A DNA stretch of 39,007 nucleotides from Fimbriimonadaceae bacterium (GTDB lineage: Bacteria; Armatimonadota; Fimbriimonadia; Fimbriimonadales; Fimbriimonadaceae), in assembly GCA_025451715.1 (NCBI GenBank), contig JANWJY010000140.1, positions 1 to 39,007 of the forward strand. The letters are read 5' to 3'. Shown in pieces: positions 9,509-18,031 of this stretch (the stretch's first letter is position 1; each line of letters opens with the position of its first letter). The notes beneath the pieces are model-generated. The model was given only the letters and a program-made list of their open reading frames with translations, made no database searches and was not told the DNA's origin. The position numbers and the translations under genes were made by a program.

Positions 9509-10590
9509 CAGCCCCTCATCGCGTCCTGTCTGAGGGCGTGGTCGGCAAGCACGAGCGCGACCATGGCCTCGACGATCGGCACGGCCCTGGGGAGCACGCA
9601 GGGGTCATGGCGGCCCCTGCCCGAGATCGTGGTGTTCTCGAGCTCAGTCGTGACGGTCTCCTGCTCGTGCATGACGGTCGCGGTGGGCTTGAATGCGGCT
9701 CGCAGGGTGATCGGCATGCCGTTACTGATCCCGCCCTGGATGCCGCCGCTGTAGTTGGTCTTGGTGTACGCTGTCTTCTGGTCGTCGGAGCGGAAGGCGT
9801 CGTTGTGCCGGGTCCCCGTGAGCAGAGTTCCTGCGAAACCGCTACCGACCTCGAACCCCTTGCACGCGGGAAGGCTTATGAGCGCCTTTGCAAGGTCGGC
9901 CTCGAGCTTGTCGAACACTGGCTCGCCCCATCCGGCTGGGACGCCGCGCGCGACGCAGCACACGACTCCACCGACCGAGTCGCCGCCTTTACGGACGGCT
10001 TCGATCAGCTCGATCATTTTCGTCGCTGCGCCGGCGTCGGGGCACCGCACGTCGTTCACATCCACATTTGCGCGGGTCACAGTCAGTGGGTCGACCTCGG
10101 ATGAGACGCCTTGGACATGGCTCACCCACGCGACGATCTCGACGCCCCACCTTTCGCGAAGCAGCCTTTGTGCAATTGCTCCGGCTGCGACGCGCCCCAC
10201 CGTCTCGCGTGCGGAGGCGCGGCCGCCACCCGACCATGCGCGAACGCCGTACTTTTGGTCGTATGTGAAGTCCGCGTGCGAAGGGCGGTACTTCGTGCGC
10301 ATCTCCTCGTAGTCGCGCGAGCGGGCGTCCTCGTTGCGGACGAGCATCGCGATCGGAGTGCCGAGCGTGACGCCGTCGTGCACTCCGCTCAGTATCTCGA
10401 CCGTGTCGGACTCTTTTCGCTGAGTGACGAGCTTGCTCTGGCCGGGTCGCCTGCGATCGAGCTCGGCCTGGATCTCGGCGACATCGAGCGGCACCAGTGA
10501 AGGGCACCCATCGACGACGACGCCGACGGCGGGTCCGTGCGACTCACCGAAGGTCGTGGCGCGAAAGAGCGTCCCGAAGCTGCTCGACAT
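9505..10590 (-). CDS. aroC: chorismate synthase
   Basis: N-terminus [22 protein letters not shown]. Also [15 protein letters not shown] and GGISNG. Confidence 0.92.
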   Translation of the reverse strand: MSSSFGTLFRATTFGESHGPAVGVVVDGCPSLVPLDVAEIQAELDRRRPGQSKLVTQRKESDTVEILSGVHDGVTLGTPIAMLVRNEDARSRDYEEMRTKYRPSHADFTYDQKYGVRAWSGGGRASARETVGRVAAGAIAQRLLRERWGVEIVAWVSHVQGVSSEVDPLTVTRANVDVNDVRCPDAGAATKMIELIEAVRKGGDSVGGVVCCVARGVPAGWGEPVFDKLEADLAKALISLPACKGFEVGSGFAGTLLTGTRHNDAFRSDDQKTAYTKTNYSGGIQGGISNGMPITLRAAFKPTATVMHEQETVTTELENTTISGRGRHDPCVLPRAVPIVEAMVALVLADHALRQDAMRGC

Positions 10591-10608
10591 CGCAGGCGAG
10601 TGTACCGG

Positions 10609-10902
10609 TCAGGCCAGCGCCTGGATCCGACGCGCGGCCTCCATGTCGTATGCGGTTAGGCCGCCCGCGTCGTGTGTCACGAAGGACACGCGGACCTTCT
10701 GGTACCCGACGAACAGGTCCGGGTGGTGGTTGAGTTTGTCCGCCGTGTGCCCGCACGCGACGGCGAACACAAGGCCGGCGGAGTAGGAGTCGAATGCAAA
10801 CTCCTTAGTGACCATTCCGTCCTTGAGCGACCATCCGGGGAGGCCGGAGAGCCCTTCCTTGACCTCCGCGTCGCTCAGTTTGTCGTAGCTCAGTTTTGTC
10901 AT
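10609..10902 (-). CDS. phhB: 4a-hydroxytetrahydrobiopterin dehydratase (pterin-4-alpha-carbinolamine dehydratase)
   Basis: 97 aa. Motifs LPGWSL, AFVNAV-like AGLVFAVACGHTADKLNHHPDL and VSFVTHDAGGLT. Confidence 0.85.
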   Translation of the reverse strand: MTKLSYDKLSDAEVKEGLSGLPGWSLKDGMVTKEFAFDSYSAGLVFAVACGHTADKLNHHPDLFVGYQKVRVSFVTHDAGGLTAYDMEAARRIQALA

Positions 10903-10947
10903 GTTCTTGTGGGCCAGATTACCGGAGGGGGCTCAACCGGCCCACGG

Positions 10948-10953
10948 TAGACT
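10948..10953 (+). promoter_or_regulatory. putative -10 element (cGGTAGACT) for pckA
   Basis: TAGACT preceded by GG, 44 nt upstream of ATG 10998. The same GGTAnnnT pattern recurs before other genes in this window. Confidence 0.3.
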
Positions 10954-10997
10954 CCGATTCATACCTCGGGGCAGTGTCGCCCCAGCCGAGTTCAAAG

Positions 10998-12533
10998 ATG
11001 AGTTCCACTGAAGTCTCCGAAGTCGCTATCGATCTCGAAAGGGCCAAAGAAACGTTTAGAAACCTGTCGGCGGCGGAGCTTATCGAGCACGCGGTTCGGA
11101 ACGGCGAGGGCGTGCTAGCCTCGAACGGCGCGTTCGTGGGCAGGACCGGAAAGTACACGGGCAGGACACCGCAGGACAAGTGCACGGTCCGCGAGCCGTC
11201 CTCCGAGGCGAACGTCTGGTGGGACAACAACAAGGAGATTTCGCCAGAGACCTTCAGCGGCCTCAAACGCAAGGCGCAGGGCGCGATCAAGAATAAGCGA
11301 CTTTATATCGTCGACACGTTCGGCGGCGCCGATCCGAACCACCGCATCGCCGTTCGGTTCGCGGTCGAGAAGGCGTGGCACGCGCTGTTCGTCCGCTCGC
11401 TCCTGATCCGGCCGACTAAGGAAGAGCTCAAGAGTTTCAAGCCCGATTGGCACATTTACGACCTATGCACCGAGGTCTGCAATCCCGAGAAGGACGGAAC
11501 GCGAAGCGACGCGGTGATCGCGCTCAACTTCGCCGACAAGGAGGTGGTCATCATGGGCACCGAGTACGCGGGCGAGATGAAGAAGAGCGTGTTCACGATC
11601 CTCAACTACCTCCTGCCGTTGAAGGGCGTCTTGAGCATGCACTGTTCCGCCAACATCGGCGAAAAGGGCGACACGGCGTTGTTCTTTGGGCTGAGCGGCA
11701 CCGGTAAGACCACGCTCTCGGCCGACCCGCGACGCAGGCTGATCGGCGACGACGAGCACGGCTGGACGGACGAAGGCGTGTTCAACTTCGAGGGCGGGTG
11801 CTACGCGAAGTGCATCAAGCTCAGCAAAGAGGGCGAGCCGCAGATCTTCAACGCGATCAAGTTTGGTGCGGTGCTCGAAAACGTGATCCTCGACGAGGGC
11901 AGGAACCCGGACTACAACGACAGCTCGCTCACCGAGAACACCCGCTGCGCGTACCCCGTTGACTACATCGACGGAGCCGTGATCCCGAGCGTCGGCGGAC
12001 ACCCGCAGAACATCGTTTTCCTGACGGCCGACGCGTTCGGCGTACTGCCACCGATCAGCCGGCTCACGAATGAGCAGGCGATGTACTATTTCTTGAACGG
12101 CTACACCGCCAAAGTCGCGGGCACAGAGGCCGGCGTCACAGAACCGCAGGCGACCTTCTCGACGTGTTTCGGTGCGCCGTTCTTGCCGCTCCCTCCTGCG
12201 CGCTACGCGAACCTGCTCAAAGAGAAGACCGCAAAATACGGCTCGCGCGTATGGCTGGTCAACACCGGCTGGACCGGTGGACCGTACGGCACGGGCAGCC
12301 GCATGAAGCTCGCGTATACGCGCGCGATGATCGACGCGGCGTTCAGCGGAAAGCTTGACGGCGTCGAGTGTGCCGAGGACCCCGTCTTCGGTCTCGATGT
12401 ACCTACGTCGTGCCCCGACGTACCTGCGGAGATCCTCCAGCCGCGCAACACGTGGGCCGACAAGGACGCGTACGACACGCAGGCGAAGAAGCTGCACTCG
12501 ATGTTCGAAGAGAACTTTAAGAAGTTCTCGTAG
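10998..12533 (+). CDS. pckA: phosphoenolpyruvate carboxykinase (ATP)
   Basis: Motifs GRTPQDK, FFGLSGTGKTTLS, LIGDDEHGW and NTGWTGGPYG. Start at ATG 10998 (MSSTEVSE...). Ends with TAG. Confidence 0.93.
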   Translation: MSSTEVSEVAIDLERAKETFRNLSAAELIEHAVRNGEGVLASNGAFVGRTGKYTGRTPQDKCTVREPSSEANVWWDNNKEISPETFSGLKRKAQGAIKNKRLYIVDTFGGADPNHRIAVRFAVEKAWHALFVRSLLIRPTKEELKSFKPDWHIYDLCTEVCNPEKDGTRSDAVIALNFADKEVVIMGTEYAGEMKKSVFTILNYLLPLKGVLSMHCSANIGEKGDTALFFGLSGTGKTTLSADPRRRLIGDDEHGWTDEGVFNFEGGCYAKCIKLSKEGEPQIFNAIKFGAVLENVILDEGRNPDYNDSSLTENTRCAYPVDYIDGAVIPSVGGHPQNIVFLTADAFGVLPPISRLTNEQAMYYFLNGYTAKVAGTEAGVTEPQATFSTCFGAPFLPLPPARYANLLKEKTAKYGSRVWLVNTGWTGGPYGTGSRMKLAYTRAMIDAAFSGKLDGVECAEDPVFGLDVPTSCPDVPAEILQPRNTWADKDAYDTQAKKLHSMFEENFKKFS

Positions 12534-13358
12534 CTATCGGGTGCGCCACGGCTTTTCGACGTCAGGGAAGATGTTCTTGATGTGCGCATTCGCGGGCTTC
12601 AAAAACCCCTTATGTCCATCGAGGTAGAAGACGTGGATCCCTGCACCGTGCCGCATCACTGCGTCATTCGATTCGTACCCCTTTGAGACGTTTCGGAACG
12701 CGAGCCGCGTGATGAACTTCGATTCTGGGCTCAGCGCCTCGTTGCCGTCGTCGAACCCGGCCATGAATGCGTCAAAGGGGATCACGTTTCCGTTTGAATC
12801 TCGGAACGGTACTGGATTGAAGCTCCCTTGCGACCCGTGGTTGGATGTTTCGACGAGAACAGCAGTGTCGCTCTGGCTCGTTGCAAGCAAGTAGGGGAAG
12901 GTCCCCATCGGCAGGTACATTCCATACGTCAGGTCGACGTCCTTTCGATTGCGTCCGTCATAGCCCAGGGCAGGCATCTTCTCATCCTCTTCGGCGGCGG
13001 GACAGAAGAAGTTCGCGCGCGCGTTCATGTAAGGCACGAGCTGTGAGGCCCAGACAGAGGGCTTGCCACCGACGATCTGTGGCGTGCCGTTGTCACCGAC
13101 CTCGTAGAGCGGGGGAAGGCGCTGGTCGTTCTGCTCCGCGTACTGCATCATCGCGTTGTAGATGGCGTGCATGTTCGTCGCGCACACCTGTTTGTCGCGC
13201 TGTTGCATAAACGCGTAGTAAAGGGGGATTCCAATCGCGATGACTACCCCGATCACGATCAAGATGACGCGAACATCCTTTTTGGACAGGTAGATACTGC
13301 TCGTCTGCTTCGCGTCCTCGGGCGCGTCGACGTCGAACTGTTGCGTGGTGAGCATCAC
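12534..13358 (-). CDS. membrane-anchored H-X9-DG-type protein lacking a prepilin leader
   Basis: One N-terminal TM segment (VILIVIGVVIAIGIPLYYAF). The region after the TM, NMHAIYNAMMQYAEQND, resembles pseudopilin-like proteins. C-terminal H-X9-DG motif (HGAGIHVFYLDGH). Start is GTG 13358 or ATG 13355, overlapping the LCP stop. Confidence 0.6.
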   Translation of the reverse strand: MMLTTQQFDVDAPEDAKQTSSIYLSKKDVRVILIVIGVVIAIGIPLYYAFMQQRDKQVCATNMHAIYNAMMQYAEQNDQRLPPLYEVGDNGTPQIVGGKPSVWASQLVPYMNARANFFCPAAEEDEKMPALGYDGRNRKDVDLTYGMYLPMGTFPYLLATSQSDTAVLVETSNHGSQGSFNPVPFRDSNGNVIPFDAFMAGFDDGNEALSPESKFITRLAFRNVSKGYESNDAVMRHGAGIHVFYLDGHKGFLKPANAHIKNIFPDVEKPWRTR

Positions 13359-14329
13359 GGATCGATCAGCTCGAACTCCTCTAAGGTGTCCTTGAGTTTG
13401 CCCAATTCGACCGCGAGGTCGTAGTTGCCCGCGTCATACACAGGAAGCATTCCAAGGTGGATGTTCGCCGTGCCCACTTCCTTGGCGAAGAGCATGAGGG
13501 TTGAGAGCTCGTTGTCGCTAAAGACGTAGCCGGTCAGTTCGTTCGTCTTGTTGACGAGCTCTGGCGCCTTTCTGAGGTTGTTCGCCTTTGTTGCCTGCTC
13601 TTTGAACGCGACAAGGAATGTCCTTTGTCGCTCCTGTCTGTTGAAGTCGCTGTCCCTGCGATAGCGGACGTAACCCATCGCCTTCTCGCCGTCGAGGTGT
13701 TGGAGACCTGGCTCTAAGTCGATGTTCAGGTGGCCGCGCTCGTCTTCATAGCGGAGCCGTTTTTCGACGTCGATGTCCAGCCCGCCGATCAGGTCGACCA
13801 TGTCCTGGAACACGCGGTAGTTCACGACGATCACTCGATCGATCTTCACACCGATCAAGTTTTCGACGGCCTCCTTGGCGAGGTCCGCCCCTCCGACCGA
13901 GTGGAACGCGTTGATCCTGCGGGTGGAGTGGCCCGGCACCTTTGCGAGCGTGTCGCGGGGGATCGTGATCCCGGTTATCTTCTTTTTGTCGAAGTGGAGC
14001 CGTGCGACCATGATCATGTCGCTGCGGGCTGCCTCGCGATCGACCGTCCGACCGCCCGGCGCGCGGTCCTCGTCCGTCCCGAGCATCAGGATCGTGATGT
14101 CGTTGCGCCCGAAGACTTCCTCAGGAGACTCCTTCAGGGGGTTGAGAAGGTCAAGGATGACCGGGGAGTCCTTTGCCCACCCAAGGAGCGTGCCGCCGGC
14201 CAGGGCCACTGTGACCAAGAGCCCATAGCTGACCCAGCCCAAAACCACCTTCCACCGCTTCGTTTCCGATGCTACTTGCATCCGTTTGATCGTACCTCTG
14301 CACCTTACGGACGGCTCGGGCCGGTCCAT
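13355..14329 (-). CDS. LytR-CpsA-Psr (LCP) family protein
   Basis: TM anchor followed by ILMLGTDE, SDMIMVARL, ITIPRDT, INAFHSVGG and DRVIVVNYRVFQDMVDLIGGLDIDV. Alternative start at ATG 14281. Confidence 0.85.
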   Translation of the reverse strand: MDRPEPSVRCRGTIKRMQVASETKRWKVVLGWVSYGLLVTVALAGGTLLGWAKDSPVILDLLNPLKESPEEVFGRNDITILMLGTDEDRAPGGRTVDREAARSDMIMVARLHFDKKKITGITIPRDTLAKVPGHSTRRINAFHSVGGADLAKEAVENLIGVKIDRVIVVNYRVFQDMVDLIGGLDIDVEKRLRYEDERGHLNIDLEPGLQHLDGEKAMGYVRYRRDSDFNRQERQRTFLVAFKEQATKANNLRKAPELVNKTNELTGYVFSDNELSTLMLFAKEVGTANIHLGMLPVYDAGNYDLAVELGKLKDTLEEFELIDP

Positions 14330-14452
14330 GCACCGTTCAACAGGTTGAGGAGCCTTTAAGTTCTCGGCAGACTGGTGCCGAACTATTCCCTTGTCTGCAA
14401 GTCCCTGCGAACATTCCGGCCCTCGGTTCCGTTGTAGACTGTAAGGACTCCA

Positions 14453-15130
14453 ATGGACAGCAAGAGGGCATTTACGCTGATAGAACTGCTGGTGGTGATC
14501 GCGATCCTCGCGATCCTAGCGGCGTTCCTTTTCCCGGTCTTCACACGGTCAAAGGCAGCAGCGAAGAAGTCGGCCTGTATAAGCAACCTGCGCCAGGTCG
14601 GTCAGGCGATGCTCTTGTACATTGAGGACTACGACGATGTGTTCCCACACGCTGTTGACGCAGCCGACAAGTACCGGCCAGAGATATGGTCAGGGTTCCC
14701 GGACTTCATGGCGCAGATCCCCAACATGCCGATGATGCACGAGGCGCTGCAGCCCTACGTCAGGAACTATCAGATCTTCGAGTGTCCCAGCGACTCCGGG
14801 ACGCAGGTCCTCGACACTCACCCGAACCTCGATTTCGTCACCGTGCCGACGATGTTCAACGTGTATGGGCTCTCTTACATGTACCGCACGGAGATCACAT
14901 TCAGGCACTATACGCACGGCGCGCTGCAGAACCCCGCGACGGTCAATGTGATGTTCGACGGTGCAGGAAACTGGCACGAGGGGGAACGCGCTCTCAGGCT
15001 CGACGACGTGTCGAACGGCGAGTTCATCGCACAACGCAAGAAGTTTCGCTACAACATCTTGTACGGCGACATGCACGTGAAGTCTGTGCGCTACGACGCG
15101 CTTGATGCGGCGTGGGGGACGGACCTGTGA
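14453..15130 (+). CDS. prepilin-type N-terminal cleavage/methylation domain protein (pseudopilin-like)
   Basis: N-terminus RAFTLIELLVVIAILAILAAFLFPVF. C-terminal degenerate DG-H region (NILYGDMHVK). Confidence 0.8.
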   Translation: MDSKRAFTLIELLVVIAILAILAAFLFPVFTRSKAAAKKSACISNLRQVGQAMLLYIEDYDDVFPHAVDAADKYRPEIWSGFPDFMAQIPNMPMMHEALQPYVRNYQIFECPSDSGTQVLDTHPNLDFVTVPTMFNVYGLSYMYRTEITFRHYTHGALQNPATVNVMFDGAGNWHEGERALRLDDVSNGEFIAQRKKFRYNILYGDMHVKSVRYDALDAAWGTDL

Positions 15131-15141
15131 GAGCGCAGAGC
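15128..15141. repeat. tandem heptamer array (2 units)
   Basis: TGAGAGC GCAGAGC. The first unit is the TGA stop of the 14453-15130 gene. Lies in the convergent gap before the GH26-like stop (15161). Confidence 0.5.
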
Positions 15142-15160
15142 GCTTTCTTGACTCTAGCGC

Positions 15161-16549
15161 CTAGTGTACGACCGTCACGCCGACCGACTTCTTCGCCAAC
15201 AGCTGGTTTCCTTTCCACGCCTCGACGCTGAACACCCTCCACCCTTCTGCGATTCGGCTCGTTCCGATCGTGACGTACCACTTGTCCTTGCCGAGGCCCT
15301 CGTAGAGCAGCTTGCCGTCGATTCGGAACTTCATCATGATGTCGGTGTCGATCGTTTTGCACCAAGCCGAGAAGTCGAGCTTCCCTTGAACGACGTCGCC
15401 CTCTTGCAGCGGCATGGGAGCGATCGGGACTGACTCCATGGGATCGTTGGATCCGTCAACCGGCAGGAAACCAAGCGCAGTCGCGTCGTACGAGAGCGAT
15501 GAGATATTCTTGAGATAGTACGCTGGCTCTGTCACGCGGCGGTACACCTGCAAAACGGCGGCGTCCTGTGTCACGGCGTAGTTGTTGTTCAGCCTGTGTT
15601 CGAGCGCCAGGTTGTTGCCGTTGAAATAGCTGATGCACTTCACGCGCGGATACTTGCGCGGCAGTCCGGCGTAAAGGGCATACAGGTTGCGCTCGGCGAA
15701 CTTCGGCACCGAGAGCTTCTCTAGTGCGGAGAAGTGCGTCGTCCCGTACTCCCCGATCATGATCGGTTTGCGCGCACTGTACTTCTTGTACACGTAGTCG
15801 AGCATCTCGGTCGGATGGATCTGCCCAGCGGGCTTCTTCCGGTCCTGGTCGAAGAAAGTGACGCTGTACATGTTGACGCCGACCCAGTCGACCCAGTCGT
15901 CACCGGGATAGTACGACTCGATCGGGTTGGTCGGTGTCGCGTAAGGGCACCACACCATGGCGACGTTTGGCGCGTACTGCTTCATCTTCTTCGCGACGAG
16001 CTTGAACTTCTCTTTGTAGAGCTTTGGGTCACGGCCGTACTCGACCCAAGCGCCATTCATTTCGCTGCCGAAGCGGAGCAGGATGCTCGCGCCGCTCTGT
16101 CCCATGTCCTTGGCGAGTGTCGTGAGGTACTCGTCGTCCAGGACATATTGGATTCCGCGCGTCGGTTCGAGAGCGATGTGCACGATCTTGCCTTGTGTGG
16201 CGAGCATGCCTACCCAGTCCTTAGGGAGCGGCCGACCGTATCCGAGGTAGAAGAAGTAGGTCGAGTGCTGGTTGCCGACCACGCGCTCGAACTCCGACGG
16301 CAGCCGACGCACGCGCCCGATCGTATCCTTGTACTCTTCCTTCAACGAGTAGTCCAGGTCGATGAACGCGCCGAGGTAACAACCGTAGAGGGGCTCGAAC
16401 TTTGCGCCCGTGTAGTTCCTCCTGACCTCGTCGGCGGTCGGCTTCCGATCCAGGTAGAGCCCAAGTTGCAGGTCGTCAGCAGAAGTGAGAACTGCCAGCG
16501 ACCCGGCCAAGGTGGCCGTCAGGACGCGCAATCGAACCGGTGCCAGCAT
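15161..16549 (-). CDS. secreted GH26-like glycoside hydrolase with C-terminal beta-sandwich-like extension
   Basis: Signal-like N-terminus. Motifs LLRFGSEMNGAW, YYPGDDWVDWVGVNMY and IMIGEYG resemble the GH26 mannanase family. ATG 16549 is preferred over the GTG at 16567. Confidence 0.65.
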   Translation of the reverse strand: MLAPVRLRVLTATLAGSLAVLTSADDLQLGLYLDRKPTADEVRRNYTGAKFEPLYGCYLGAFIDLDYSLKEEYKDTIGRVRRLPSEFERVVGNQHSTYFFYLGYGRPLPKDWVGMLATQGKIVHIALEPTRGIQYVLDDEYLTTLAKDMGQSGASILLRFGSEMNGAWVEYGRDPKLYKEKFKLVAKKMKQYAPNVAMVWCPYATPTNPIESYYPGDDWVDWVGVNMYSVTFFDQDRKKPAGQIHPTEMLDYVYKKYSARKPIMIGEYGTTHFSALEKLSVPKFAERNLYALYAGLPRKYPRVKCISYFNGNNLALEHRLNNNYAVTQDAAVLQVYRRVTEPAYYLKNISSLSYDATALGFLPVDGSNDPMESVPIAPMPLQEGDVVQGKLDFSAWCKTIDTDIMMKFRIDGKLLYEGLGKDKWYVTIGTSRIAEGWRVFSVEAWKGNQLLAKKSVGVTVVH

Positions 16550-16556
16550 TGATTTG

Positions 16557-16562
16557 AGTCTA
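16557..16562 (-). promoter_or_regulatory. putative -10 element (GGTAGACT), 7 nt from the ATG (leaderless candidate)
   Basis: The minus strand reads gtgGGTAGACTcaaatcaATG. Confidence 0.35.
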
Positions 16563-16616
16563 CCCACTACTCTGTTCCATGGAAGGGGGTGCTTGCCTCC
16601 CGTACTTTCGGCAACG

Positions 16617-16637
16617 AAAAACCGCGCCGGTCGCGAT
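16617..16637 (-). terminator. putative rho-independent terminator after rocD
   Basis: Minus-strand RNA AUCGCG-ACCGG-CGCGGU (6 bp including one G-U pair) followed by UUUU. Confidence 0.45.
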
Positions 16638-16681
16638 CGGAAACGGCGATCCCCGTAAGATTCCCAGTGCCTTGCAGTGTT

Positions 16682-17953
16682 CTAGCAGTCTGCGTTGAGC
16701 GCCCGCGAGGTCCGCTCGATGATCTCGTCGATCAGCGACTCTTCGACCACTAGTGGGGGCGCGAAGCGGAACGTGCGTGAGCGGGTCTCCTTGGTTAGGA
16801 TGCCGTTCTTGACGAATGCCTTCGTCAGTGCCTTTGAGTCGACGTCGTCAGCGACCTCCATGCCGACGAGCAGGCCCTTGCCCCGGACTTCGACCACCTT
16901 AGGGTGGTTCAGTGCTACGAGCCCCTTCTTGAGCCTCTCACCGAGCACTGTGCTACGGCCCGCGTAATCGTTGACCTCCATCTCGGCCAAGGCTGTCAGC
17001 GCGGTCACTGCGGCGAGCGGGTTGCCGCCAAACGTGCTGCCGTGGTCCCCAGGCTTGAAGACCTCCATGACCTCGAGCCGCCCGACGGCCGCAGAGACGG
17101 GCAGGAGCCCGCCGCCCAGCGGCTTGCCGACAGCGACGATGTCCGGCTTCGCGTCCTCGTACTGCCACGCGAACTTGCGGCCGGTGCGGCAAAAGCCGGT
17201 CTGAATCTCGTCCCAGATGAGCAGGACGTTGTTGTCGTCGCAGATTTGCCTCACTTCAGCCATCCAGCCGTCCGGCGGAATCAAGATTCCGCCCTCGGCC
17301 TGAATCGGCTCGCAAAGGAACGCTGCGGTGTTCGGCGTGATCGCCTTACGAAGGGCCTGCGCGTCCCCGAACGGGACCATGCGGAATCCGGGGGTGAACG
17401 GCCCGAACCCCTCGCGATAGTTCGGCTCAGACGAGAACCCAACGATCGTAGTCGTGCGTCCGTGGAAGTTGTCCTCACAGACTATGATCTCCGCCTTGTC
17501 CTTTGCGATGCCCTTCTTCGTATACGCCCACTTGCGCGCGAGCTTGATCGCCGTCTCGACGGCCTCGGCGCCCGTGTTCATCGGACAGACCATGTCGAGG
17601 TCAGCGTACTCAGCCAGTCCCTTAAGGAACAATCCGACCTCGCTCGTGTAGTACGCGCGACTGGTCAGGACGATTTTCTGGAGCTGCGCCTCCAGCGCCT
17701 TCACGACTGCGGGGTTCAGGTGGCCGTGTGCGACCGCCGAATACGCGCCGACGCAGTCGATGTACTCGTTGCCTGCGCCGTCCCACACCCGCGCGCCGTC
17801 GCCGCGCACGACGTTGACGTGCATCACCGAGTAGTTGTGGGTGCCGTACTCCTCGGCCATCGCCATCGACTCTTCGTCGGTGATGCGCCTTACGACCCTC
17901 TGGATCCCGTTTTCGACTATGTCGTGCCAGAGGTCGATTGCCGTACGCTTCAT
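16682..17953 (-). CDS. rocD: ornithine--oxo-acid aminotransferase (class III PLP aminotransferase)
   Basis: Motifs GTHNYSVMHVNVVRGDG, NTGAEAVETAIKLARKW, EDNFHGRT, LIWDEIQTGFCRTG and GDHGSTFGGNPLA. Confidence 0.85.
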   Translation of the reverse strand: MKRTAIDLWHDIVENGIQRVVRRITDEESMAMAEEYGTHNYSVMHVNVVRGDGARVWDGAGNEYIDCVGAYSAVAHGHLNPAVVKALEAQLQKIVLTSRAYYTSEVGLFLKGLAEYADLDMVCPMNTGAEAVETAIKLARKWAYTKKGIAKDKAEIIVCEDNFHGRTTTIVGFSSEPNYREGFGPFTPGFRMVPFGDAQALRKAITPNTAAFLCEPIQAEGGILIPPDGWMAEVRQICDDNNVLLIWDEIQTGFCRTGRKFAWQYEDAKPDIVAVGKPLGGGLLPVSAAVGRLEVMEVFKPGDHGSTFGGNPLAAVTALTALAEMEVNDYAGRSTVLGERLKKGLVALNHPKVVEVRGKGLLVGMEVADDVDSKALTKAFVKNGILTKETRSRTFRFAPPLVVEESLIDEIIERTSRALNADC

Positions 17954-17960
17954 TCCCTAC

Positions 17961-17966
17961 ATTGTA
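17961..17966 (-). promoter_or_regulatory. putative -10 element TACAAT, 7 nt from the rocD ATG (leaderless candidate)
   Basis: The minus strand reads cctcTACAATgtagggaATG. It is embedded in the 11-bp palindrome CTACATTGTAG (17957-17967). Confidence 0.35.
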
Positions 17967-18031
17967 GAGGATGAGGGTGTGCTAGCGGAACCCCAACCGT
18001 TGCCCGCTGGGCCGTCCAGCGAACCCGGACA

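Noticed and set aside
11463-12497. 344-aa ORF antisense to pckA. Similar long antisense or off-frame ORFs occur at 16904-17974, 3493-4275, 13730-14359, 15734-16552, 28244-29023 and 28885-29763.
   Set aside because: Each overlaps a gene with unambiguous family motifs, and each has the Arg/Ala/Pro-rich composition typical of GC-rich shadow ORFs.
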